From an uncultured bacterium (lineage in GTDB: Bacteria > Zhuqueibacterota > QNDG01 > DTFT01), in assembly GCA_963736115.1 (NCBI GenBank), contig CAVTNR010000003.1, forward strand, positions 1-64,000: a stretch of 64,000 bases of DNA, written 5' to 3'. Below, in pieces: positions 1-8,760 of this stretch. Each line of letters starts with the position of its first letter. Position 1 is the stretch's first letter. The position numbers and the translations under genes were made by a program. Under the pieces are notes generated by a model. That model worked only from the letters and a program-made list of their open reading frames with translations, had not been told where the DNA came from and searched no databases.

Positions 1-126
1 ACCGTGTGCCGGGCGGGTTGGTGGTCATCGGGGCGCTTTCGCTGTACCTGGACTTCATCAACCTGTGCCTGCTGTTGCTGTGAGCCTCCCGGCGTTGAAT
101 CTCACAAGCGAGGAATAGATTCTCTT

Positions 127-2473
127 ATGCGACGAGTTACTATCCTGACACCGATCATCGCGGTCGTGGCGATTGCCTGTGTCGCCTGCTGGGTGCACTG
201 CTGCTTACACCGATTCCCCCGCAGGCGGAAGCGACCGTGATGCCAACCCCGGTCCGGCTGACCTGTGGGACCAGATCCGAAAGAGTGGCGTCATGGTCGT
301 CGGTACGGCCGCCGACTATGCGCCCTTCGAGTACTACAACAGCCGCTTCCAGCTCGACGGCTTCGACATCGGGTTGATTCGAGAAGATCGGCAAACAGCT
401 CGGCGTGAAGGTCGAGATCAAGGACTACGCGTTCTACGGCCTCTACAACGCGGTCGGCAGCTCGGCCAAATCGACGTCGCGATCGCGCCATTTTCGAGAC
501 GCCGGAACGCCAGCAGGTTGTCGATTTCACGAGTTTTACTACGCGGGGTGTGGCGCGGTGCTGGCGAATGCGCAATCCGCCATCACCTCGATCACCCAGC
601 CCGAGCAGTTCCGCAACTGAATGTGTCGGGCGTGCAGAGCGGCTCGGTGTACGAGACCTTCATGCAGGATACGCTGGTTGATACCCAACAGATGCCGGCG
701 GGTAATCTGTATTCGTACCCGGATATCGAGCATGCGGTCAAGGATCTGAAGACAAGTGCATCCACCCTGTGCTGCTCGACAACCAGCCGGCCCAAACGAC
801 CGTGCAGCAGGGCGGCGTCAAACTGGTGGGCGAGGGCATCGATCCGCAGTTGTACGCCATCGCCATCCCCAAGGGCGCGGATTCGTTCCGACGCGTCCTG
901 GACAAGGCGCTGACGGGCGTGGATAGCGGCGCGGACGCCGAGCTGGCGGCCAAGTATCTGGGCCTGGACAAAGGCGAGGTCCAGCCGGTGCCCACGCTGG
1001 CGCCCACGCCTGTGCCCGCCCAGCCGACGCCTACCTCGGCGCCGAGCCAGCCTACACCCACGGCTGCGCCCGCGGCCTGTATCGACGGCATGTCCTACGT
1101 CGCCGATATCACCTACGACGACGCCAACATGACCGCGCCGCCGGTGCTGAGGCCGGGTCAGGCGTTCGTGAAGACGTGGCGCGTGCGCAACAGTGGCACC
1201 TGCACGTGGACCAGCGTGTACTATCTCCGTGCAAACTTCACGGCAACACGCCGCAGTCACAGATGAGCGGGCAGCCGACCTACATCAAGGGCAGCGTCCC
1301 GCCCGGCGGCACGTATGACATCTCAGTCAACATGGTGGCGCCGCAGCAGCCGGGCGTCTACCAGGGCTTCTGGCAGATGGTCAACGCCAAGGGAACCGCC
1401 TTCGGCACGACGGTCTACGTCGGCATCCAGGTGCAGGCGCCCACCCCCGTGCCGGCGCCGACGCAAACCCCATCGCCGACGATCAGCTTCACCGTCAACC
1501 AGACCAACATCACGGCCTGGTCAGTGCGTCACCTTCAACTGGAACGTCCAGAACGTCAAGGGCGATTTTTACCCGCAAGGGGCGGACATGACCCAGTACT
1601 GGGTGGCGGGCCAGGGCAGCAGCGTCCAGTGCCCGACCCAGACCACGACCTACAACCTGACTGTGATTTACAACAACGGCGCTTCTGAAACGTGGTCGAT
1701 CACGATCGACGTGGCGCAGGCGCCGGCTGGCGTGGCGGTCATCAATCTGTTCACCGTGACGCCGTCGCAGATCCAGCCGGGGCAGTGTATCAATGTGCAA
1801 TGGGATGTCGCGGGCAGCGTCACCCAGATCGTGCTTACGCGGGTGGCACCACCCTCTGGGCCAACGCACCCTGTGCGGAGCACGATGCAGGACTGCCCAC
1901 CCGGAACCGGCAGCGTCACCTACACGTTGGTGGCGACGGGGCCAGGCGGGCAGAGCCAGGGTCAGCAATACGTGAACGTCGTTGCGCCGCCCACGGCTAT
2001 CCCGCCGACCGCCGTGCCGCCTACAGCAGTGCCGCCGACGCAGGTTCCGTACCGCCGGGTCACCTACAGCAGTACCGCCTACCGCCGTCCCACCGACGGC
2101 AGCGCCGCCGACCGCGGTCCCCATATCCACCGGTGGGCAAGAACTGGTTGCTGCTGACCTACAACAACGGCCAGCAGGCACTGGTGTCGCCGATCGCCGG
2201 CACCCCAGATCATGGCCCTGTTCGGGGTCCTATGGCAAGGTGACCGGCACGGATAGCTGCAACAACTACACATCGCCGTACACGGTCAACGGCAGCAACC
2301 TGCAGGTCGGCGCTCCGGTGCTGACAGGCATGGCGTGTCCGGACGACGCTACTACGCAGGCGCAGAACTACCTGGCCGCGGTGCAGCTTTCTTACCGCTA
2401 CGAAGTGGCTGGCAACCAGTCCACGATCTTCAACAGTACCAACGTAAAGTTGTTGCAGTACGTGGCCGAGTAG
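127..2473 (+). pseudogene. Frameshifted exported multidomain protein: family-3 ABC substrate-binding domain + NBR1-like Ig (FW) domain + Ig-like repeats + Pro/Thr linker + META/HslJ domain
   Basis: Consecutive pieces lie in different frames: signal-like MRRVTILTPIIAVVAIA from ATG 127; VVGTAADYAPFEY..DGFDI (SBP_bac_3); DITYDD..LRPGQAFVKTWRVRNSGTCTW and PGVYQGFWQM (NBR1-Ig); PTAVP repeats; VTGTDSCNNYTSPY..LTGMAC (META). Stop TAG at 2473. The many frameshifts are probably read errors. Confidence 0.7.
1988..2122 (+). repeat. Imperfect 15-bp tandem repeat encoding a P-T-A-V-P linker
   Basis: Repeated units such as ccgaccgccgtgccg and cctacagcagtgccg translate as PTAIP PTAVP PTAVP PTQVP PTAVP PTAAP. 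Confidence 0.8.
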
Positions 2474-2593
2474 CCGGGAAGGGAGTGTAAGGCTACGGAA
2501 AGCGGGCGACGTTTGCGACATACTATAGGGCGCAGCATCGGCTGGCCGGTATTAAAAACCTGTACTTGACAATCAGAAGGGGAGAAACACACC

Positions 2594-3415
2594 ATGGCAA
2601 CGAAGAGCAAGAAGGTAGCGGTCAGCAAGACCGAGCTGGAAGAGACCGCAGCGGGCGTCGAGGCTTTCCGCCGAGAGCCGGATGGAAGACGGCTTGATCG
2701 AGGTCTCGGCCGGCGTGCAGGAATTGGTGGCGGCGAGAAGGTCCGTCGGGTCGCCCGGTCGGCGCAAACCGCCGGGACGGTCGTGGTGATGGATGGTGTG
2801 GACGATGATCGTCGCGGAGAACTGGCCAGGTCAGCGAAGGTTGTGGCCGCAGCCGGCGTGCTGGACGTGGCCGAAGGGATCGAGCCGTTGGCAACATCGG
2901 AGGACATCCACGTGCAGTCCGCGGTGGTTGCTTCGCTGAGCAGCGCCGAGTTGGCGCGCGCCATGGAGCTTGGCTCCTCTCCGGGCAGTTGGGGGTTGCC
3001 AGCGCCGTCGTGTCTGCGCGCGAGATGCCCGTGCTGGCCGCATTCCTGGAGGACAAGGGCAACCTCCTGCGCTCTTCGCCGTGGATTCGATCATGCGGCT
3101 GGGCGGCCCGGTGCGGCGCAGGCGATGGCCGCGACAGGCGCTAAGGTCAGCGACATGGGCGCTAACGAGGTGGCTGAAGGGCTCGTTCGGATGGCTGTTG
3201 CCGAAGAAGGGGCTCAGCGCAGCGCCGATCTCTTCGTGGATGGCGCGATGAAACGCGGCAGGCGGTGCGGAAGTAATAGCCGCCGCCCAGAGCGCGGAAG
3301 ATCGCACGGGATCTCGAGAAGGCAGGCGTCAAGCAGGTGGCCGCGCACCGAGGCGATCGGCCAGGCCGAGGCGATGGAAGCCGTGGCTGAGGCGCTGGAC
3401 GTCGCAGCGCACTAA
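2594..3415 (+). CDS. Ala/Glu-rich hypothetical protein, with internal frameshifts likely
   Basis: RBS ggggag precedes ATG 2594. Helical Ala-rich segments alternate with out-of-frame-looking stretches. Stop TAA at 3415. Confidence 0.5.
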   Translation: MATKSKKVAVSKTELEETAAGVEAFRREPDGRRLDRGLGRRAGIGGGEKVRRVARSAQTAGTVVVMDGVDDDRRGELARSAKVVAAAGVLDVAEGIEPLATSEDIHVQSAVVASLSSAELARAMELGSSPGSWGLPAPSCLRARCPCWPHSWRTRATSCALRRGFDHAAGRPGAAQAMAATGAKVSDMGANEVAEGLVRMAVAEEGAQRSADLFVDGAMKRGRRCGSNSRRPERGRSHGISRRQASSRWPRTEAIGQAEAMEAVAEALDVAAH

Positions 3416-3593
3416 CACCGGCTGCTATCGTGTACGATGTGAAGAATTAAGCTTCACGCGCCGGTTAGGTTTCGGGAGCATTCTGTTTTGCTTCCGGGAA
3501 TTCCCGAATCCCGCGGTTCTTCTCACACGGCTGGAGGCGCAGTACGGTTCCGGTTCGATCTGTCAGATAAGCTAATTCACAGGAGAAACTACA

Positions 3594-4037
3594 ATGGCAA
3601 AGAAAAATCAACAACTGGTACTCGCTTTCTTCGACACCGAGGCTGCGGCCGACGCGGCAGTGCAAGCGCTCAAGCAGTGGAACAAGGAACTGACGCGATC
3701 AAGCTCGGCGCCATTGGCGCGCTTGTGAAGGATGACAAGGGCAAAATCAAGACCCAGAAGCTGGTCCTGCAGACCGGGAAGGGCGCACTCATCTTCGGTC
3801 TGGTGGGTCTCCTCTCCGGTGGCATGACCGTCGTGGGCGGCCTGATCTTCGGCGCCATCGCCGGCTCCTTGTTGACCAGGGTGGCCTGGGGATGTCCAAG
3901 GACGATGTCGCCCGGATCGGCAAGGATCTCGATGGCGGCAAGGCGGGCGTGGCCCTGGTGGTTATGCTCGACGAGGCCGAGGCCGTGTCTGCCAAATTGG
4001 TGGAGCTGGGCGGCACGCCGGAGACCCACGAAGTGAC
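3594..4037 (+). pseudogene. DUF1269-like membrane protein, frameshifted and truncated at the junction
   Basis: RBS aggag then ATG 3594 gives MAKKNQQLVLAFFDTEAAADAAVQALKQW. Later pieces are IGALVKDDKGKIK, a Gly-rich TM (GALIFGLVGLLSGG) and GMSKDDVARIGKDLDGGKAGVALVV..ELGGTPETHEVT. Confidence 0.6.
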
Positions 4038-4130
4038 GTACACGAATTCGCCTGGTTGCATCCGGAAATCCGCGCCGGAAAAAATCGCATGACTGCCGAA
4101 CCGGTACCAGACATTTTCCATGGTGATCAT
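4032..4130 (-). pseudogene. ftsE: 5' fragment (33 codons) of an FtsE-like ABC ATP-binding protein, cut just before Walker A
   Basis: The ATG overlaps the thiL stop (ATGA). MITMENVWYRFGSHAIFSGADFRMQPGEFVYVT matches the ABC ATPase N-terminus, but the expected GxSGxGKS does not follow. Confidence 0.55.
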
Positions 4131-5146
4131 GAATTCCCCGATGCCGAACGGTAATGATCCCAACCCCCGGCTGTGAGCGGCAATTCAGCGCCGTCCTCCC
4201 GGATCCGGATTCCGGCGTCTCGCGGCCTCATTTCTCCGATCACTGTCACTTTGTCCGCCGGTCCGGCGAAACCGGCGACTGCCTGATTCATCCGGGCGGC
4301 CGGATCCGCGGTGAACAAAAGCTCGTATTCTTCGCCGCTTTCCAGGGCGAGCCGGACCGGGGACTCCCCGGCTTCGGTTGCCCAGATCGCCGTCTCCCGG
4401 GAAACCGGGATGCGGTCCGCATACAGGACGCACCCGAGGCCGCTTGCTTCACACAGGTGCCGTATCTCGGATGCCAGTCCGTCGCTGATGTCGATCATGG
4501 AAGTGACGCCTCCGGAGCGAACCAGCCGGACCGCTTCTTCCGCTCTCGGAAGGGGCTCCAGCAGACGCCGGACCGATTCCGGAAACCGGTCCCTGTGCTT
4601 TCCGCCGGAACGCAGCACGTTCAATCCGACCGCCGCGCCGCCCAGATCGCCGGTCACGCATATCCGGTCGCCGGCCGCTGCGCCGGATCTCCGGATCTCC
4701 CTCGCTCCCCGCATTTCTCCCAGAACCGCGATGGAGAAAACAGCGCCGCCTGCGGACCGGACCGTGTCGCCTCCGACCACCGGACACCGGTAACGGTCCG
4801 CACATCGCCGGAGGCCCGCATACAGCGCCTCCGTTTCCTCCACGCTCCAGCCGTCGGGCAGGGCCGCGGTTACCACACAACAGACCGGAGACGCGCCCAT
4901 GGCCGCCACATCGCTCAGGTTCACGGCGAGGCACTTCCATCCGAGGGATTCGACAGGAAACCAGGAACGTTCAAAATGAACGCCTTCAACCATCGCGTCC
5001 GTCGTGAACACCATCCGGCCGTCCTCGCCGCAGCGGATCACGGCCGCATCGTCGCCGATGCCGAGAATGACACGGTCATTCCCGACCGCGCATAGATCCT
5101 GAAGCCTTCGGATGAGTCCGAATTCACCTAGCTCGGACAGCTTCAT
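4127..5146 (-). CDS. thiL: Thiamine-monophosphate kinase
   Basis: Motifs GEFGLI, GIGDDAAV, TTDAMVEGVHF, AVNLSDVAAMG, GGDT, IDISDGL, GEEYELLFT and GWDHY. Confidence 0.95.
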   Translation of the reverse strand: MKLSELGEFGLIRRLQDLCAVGNDRVILGIGDDAAVIRCGEDGRMVFTTDAMVEGVHFERSWFPVESLGWKCLAVNLSDVAAMGASPVCCVVTAALPDGWSVEETEALYAGLRRCADRYRCPVVGGDTVRSAGGAVFSIAVLGEMRGAREIRRSGAAAGDRICVTGDLGGAAVGLNVLRSGGKHRDRFPESVRRLLEPLPRAEEAVRLVRSGGVTSMIDISDGLASEIRHLCEASGLGCVLYADRIPVSRETAIWATEAGESPVRLALESGEEYELLFTADPAARMNQAVAGFAGPADKVTVIGEMRPRDAGIRIREDGAELPLTAGGWDHYRSASGNS

Positions 5147-5544
5147 CCGTCCCCCGTCACCTTGACGAAGAAACGCCTGTGCCGCGGCCCGTCGAATTCG
5201 CAGAAGTACACGGACTGCCAGGTGCCGAGCAGCGGTCTGCCGCCGGTCACGATCAGCGTCAGGGACGGGCCGAACAGACTGGACTTGATATGGCTGTCCG
5301 AATTGCCTTCCATGTGCTCAAACCGGTCGTTTTCCGGGAACGTTGTGCCGGTTGCGGCCAGAATGTCGCGGACCACGGACGGATCCGCGTTTTCATTGAC
5401 CGTGACCGCGGCCGTCGTATGCGGCACCCAGATCAGACAGGTCCCCTCCCGGACGCCGCTTTCCTTCAGGGCCGATTGGATTTCATCGTCGATCCGGATC
5501 ATCCGGCAGCGTCCGGATGTCTGTATGGCAAATTCTTTCAGCAT
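5143..5544 (-). CDS. yjbQ: YjbQ/UPF0047 secondary thiamine-phosphate synthase family protein
   Basis: Motifs HTTAAVTVNENADPSV, H-EGNSDSHIKSSLFG and LGTWQSVYFCEFDGPR. Its stop overlaps the thiL start. Confidence 0.93.
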   Translation of the reverse strand: MLKEFAIQTSGRCRMIRIDDEIQSALKESGVREGTCLIWVPHTTAAVTVNENADPSVVRDILAATGTTFPENDRFEHMEGNSDSHIKSSLFGPSLTLIVTGGRPLLGTWQSVYFCEFDGPRHRRFFVKVTGDG

Positions 5545-5553
5545 GTTCAAAGA

Positions 5554-5582
5554 AATGTAATCAAGTTCGGACCGGTATGCAA
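5554..5582 (-). promoter_or_regulatory. Putative sigma70 promoter of yjbQ-thiL-ftsE
   Basis: Minus strand TTGCAT-N17-TACATT; the -10 element ends 10 nt before ATG 5544. Confidence 0.5.
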
Positions 5583-5661
5583 ATTTTTTCTCGTTCCGCT
5601 CCGGAAACTTCGGCCCGGCCGCTTCCGGATCCGTCCGGGCGGCGGAAGCCCGGGGAAACGG

Positions 5662-6927
5662 TCATGTCTTCCTTTCCTTCTTTCTCGCGGCCGGGAAGAG
5701 GATATTGTTCAGGATCAGGCGGTACCCCGGACTGTTCCGGTAAAGGAAAGATCCGTGGGCCTGGTCGCCCACGTAATGGTGATAATCCTCCGGATCATGG
5801 CCTCCCAGGAATGTCCAGGTGCCCCGGCCCTCGTCTCCGTGTATGTATTTGACCTCGTCGGATCCGGGTTTTTCCGCGAGCACAGTCACCGCCGGCTTCA
5901 CCCGGCTTCTCCGGAATCCGGTCGTCTGGCCCATGAATTCGTGTATGACGGCCGTGTGATTCTGGGTCAGCATGGCGGGCACCGGGTCGTATTTCGCCGA
6001 GAAATCGAAGAGCGTGAAATACGAATCGGATTCGACCTGGGCCAGAATCGGGTCCTGGGGCGTGGTGTCGATGTCGGAATACTCATAGATCATCGGATCC
6101 GTTAAAACCGTGAATTTCTCGAAAGCCAGACATTTTCGGTCGTCCAGCGCGTCCGGCCAGTCCCCGGCCACGGGATCGCCATCGAAAACCGGCTGGCAGA
6201 TGTCGGTTTCCTCCGCGGCCAGGGCGATGTCGTACGAATCCGTCGCTGAACACATGGCGAATAGAAACCCTCCGTCCGTGACGAACTGGCGGATCATCAG
6301 GGCGACGGCGAGCTTCAGTTTGGAGACCTTCCGGAATCCCAGCCGCCGGGCCATGGATTCGTACAGGTTTTTCTGTTTCACGTACCATTCGGCGTTGTGG
6401 TAATTTCTGTAGAATTTTCCGTACTGCCCGGTGAAATCCTCATGATGCAGGTGAAGCCAGTCGTATTCCCCGAGCCTGCCGGCCAGCACTTCCTCGTCCC
6501 AGACCGTCCGATACGGAATCTCCGCATACGTCAGCGCCAGGGTCACGGCGTCGTCCCACGGCCGCTTGTCCGGCGGCGTATAGACCGCGATTTTCGGCGC
6601 CTTCTCGAGCAGTACGGATTCCATATTCCCCGCTGAAACAGCCCGGCGGATGGAGACGACATCATCCGGAGTCACGGATTCCACGGTCACGCCCGCGGAC
6701 CGGCACCGTCTGGCCGCCCATTCGTCATGGGGCATCAGGAATGATCCGCACCTGTAATTCAGGAGCCACTCCACAGTCACGCCACGCTCCAGAACCGCAA
6801 AGGCCGCTCCGTACGCCTTCAGGTGATCCGCCTGCCGCAAATCCATGGGAATGAGGAGGTGCTGCGCCGGGCCGGCTGACGCGGCCAGCAGAAAACCGAT
6901 GGCCCATTCCCGCAATCGCAAAGTCAT
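5662..6927 (-). CDS. Conserved FCB exported protein (family often labelled 'asparagine synthetase B'), class I glutamine amidotransferase-like fold
   Basis: Signal peptide; HLKAYG..WLLNYR, PWDDAVTLALTYAEIPY, DWLHLHHEDFTGQYGKF, GGFLFAMCSATD, GGHDPEDY and NSPGYRLILNNILFPAA. Confidence 0.75.
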   Translation of the reverse strand: MTLRLREWAIGFLLAASAGPAQHLLIPMDLRQADHLKAYGAAFAVLERGVTVEWLLNYRCGSFLMPHDEWAARRCRSAGVTVESVTPDDVVSIRRAVSAGNMESVLLEKAPKIAVYTPPDKRPWDDAVTLALTYAEIPYRTVWDEEVLAGRLGEYDWLHLHHEDFTGQYGKFYRNYHNAEWYVKQKNLYESMARRLGFRKVSKLKLAVALMIRQFVTDGGFLFAMCSATDSYDIALAAEETDICQPVFDGDPVAGDWPDALDDRKCLAFEKFTVLTDPMIYEYSDIDTTPQDPILAQVESDSYFTLFDFSAKYDPVPAMLTQNHTAVIHEFMGQTTGFRRSRVKPAVTVLAEKPGSDEVKYIHGDEGRGTWTFLGGHDPEDYHHYVGDQAHGSFLYRNSPGYRLILNNILFPAARKKERKT

Positions 6928-8756
6928 CGCTCCTCCTTCCGAATCAGCCGTATTCTCTCGCGCGCTTCGCCGGCCGCTGCCGACCGCGGGCTGATCTGGA
7001 GAATGCGGTCATAAGCTTCCATGGCGCGGTCCGCGGAACCGGACCGTTCCTCGGAACTTCCCAGAAGCAGAAGGCCGCGGCCCGCGGATTCGTGGCCCGG
7101 AAATTTGCCGAGAAAACGCTTGATTTCAGCCCGGCATTCATTGTCCCTGCCGAGCGCATGGTATAGATTCGCTTTTCTCAGAAGCGCCTCGGGGAAAAAG
7201 GATCCGCCGTCTTCCGGAATGCTGTCGAGGCTGGCGATCGCCTCCCGGTACAGCCTCCTTTTTTCGAGCCACTCCGCCGCGGCAAAACGCCGGAGACCTT
7301 CCGTGCAGCATGATGCGTTCGCGGTTATTCTCATTTTCAGGTCCAGGCCGTCATTCAGCAGGGGCAACCTGAAAAGATCTGAATTTAAAGCCTGAGGGGA
7401 CAGGGCCTGAAGGGTGTCCCGGGCGGCCGTCCAGTCCCCTTTGTAGGTCAGGGCTCTGGCCGTCCAGACCAGCGGCGTGACCCAGTCGCCGTTGCGCTCA
7501 CGTCGAGCCGTGGACAGGGCCTCTCGGAAACGGGTCAGGCCGGCGTCCGGATCCCCGGTTAAAATATCGCATTGCCCCGCTTCCGTTTCCCACACGGAAC
7601 GCATGGCTCCGGCCGGGTGGCGCTGGATCAGATCATCGAAAACGGCTTTCGCCCGATGGCCGTCGAACAGGCCGTCCCGGATCAGCCGGCCCTTTTCGAG
7701 CATCACCTGCTGGCGGAACGCATCGTCGTGTCTGCCTGCCAAAGCGGCGTCGCAGCAGGAAACCGCCTCCTGCCACCGGTTATCGGACCGGTTGATTTTC
7801 ATCATTCCCATCCAGGCGTCCCGAACCCGTCTCGAATCCGGATACCGCTTGAGCAGTTCCCCGAACGCGATTCTGGCCCAGCCCATCTCTCCGCAATCCA
7901 TTGCCGAGCTGCCGAATTCCGCGAGCCCATCGCCCTGACGGCCGATATCGGCCTGTTCATCCATACGGACGGCCGCCCGGTATGCGGCCTGGGTTCGGCC
8001 CGACTGGAGCGCATAACGCATCATCAGGCCCGCGATCGGATGGGAAACCGCCTGAAGGTCCGGGTTGCGTTCGAATGCGGCAATCACCTCATCCGCGACG
8101 CTTGCCGTTCTGGGGAACCGGTCGATGCGGTCTCTCACCAGACCCGCCCGGTCGGGATGAGCCGCGCCGTATTCCAGCAGAATTTCCGCTGCCTCCCGGA
8201 AACGGCCGCGTTCGATCCGGACATCCGCCAGATCAAAGATGAAGACGTCCGGATTTTCGGTCTGACGCATCCCCCGAGTCAGTACGTCCTCTGCTTTATC
8301 CGGCAGTCCGTCCGTCCGCATGCCGGACGCAACCAGCAGATAAACCGATGCGTCTCCGGGAGCGGACCGTAGAATTTTCTCCCACTCGTCGCCCGCTTCA
8401 CCGCGATTCCCGCGGGCGTAAAGGCTTCGCGCCTTCCGGCTCCTCCAGCCCCGGTCTCCCGGCCTTCGGACAAGCCATTCGTCAGCCAGGGACGAGGCTT
8501 TTTCAAGCCGCTTCATTTTCATGCGGCATTCAAAAAGTCTTTCCGCAATAGGCTCCTGCTCCGGAACCCGTTCAGCCTGAATCTCGTACCACTGTTCGGC
8601 CTGTTCCCATTCGCCTGATTCCTCCAGGGCCTGACCGGTACGGAGCATCAAACGGATATCCTGGGCCTGCGCCGGTTCCGGTCCGCAGACCCATACGGAA
8701 AGTAGCAGGACCGGTATCAGCCCTGCAGCCCGTGAATGGTCACGATTTCGGATCAT
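6924..8756 (-). CDS. Exported tetratricopeptide repeat protein
   Basis: Signal-like N-terminus and many helical TPR-type repeats (LLKRYPDS, LIQRHPAG, FLGKFPGH). The stop overlaps the next ATG. Confidence 0.8.
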   Translation of the reverse strand: MIRNRDHSRAAGLIPVLLLSVWVCGPEPAQAQDIRLMLRTGQALEESGEWEQAEQWYEIQAERVPEQEPIAERLFECRMKMKRLEKASSLADEWLVRRPGDRGWRSRKARSLYARGNRGEAGDEWEKILRSAPGDASVYLLVASGMRTDGLPDKAEDVLTRGMRQTENPDVFIFDLADVRIERGRFREAAEILLEYGAAHPDRAGLVRDRIDRFPRTASVADEVIAAFERNPDLQAVSHPIAGLMMRYALQSGRTQAAYRAAVRMDEQADIGRQGDGLAEFGSSAMDCGEMGWARIAFGELLKRYPDSRRVRDAWMGMMKINRSDNRWQEAVSCCDAALAGRHDDAFRQQVMLEKGRLIRDGLFDGHRAKAVFDDLIQRHPAGAMRSVWETEAGQCDILTGDPDAGLTRFREALSTARRERNGDWVTPLVWTARALTYKGDWTAARDTLQALSPQALNSDLFRLPLLNDGLDLKMRITANASCCTEGLRRFAAAEWLEKRRLYREAIASLDSIPEDGGSFFPEALLRKANLYHALGRDNECRAEIKRFLGKFPGHESAGRGLLLLGSSEERSGSADRAMEAYDRILQISPRSAAAGEARERIRLIRKEER

Positions 8757-8760
8757 GCGT

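Noticed and set aside
127-4037. Programmed frameshifting or genuine pseudogene decay
   Set aside because: The indels are dense in all three genes and stop at the junction, which fits uncorrected read error better.
5662-6927. True asparagine synthetase
   Set aside because: It has a signal peptide and lacks the N-terminal Cys and SGGLDS motifs.
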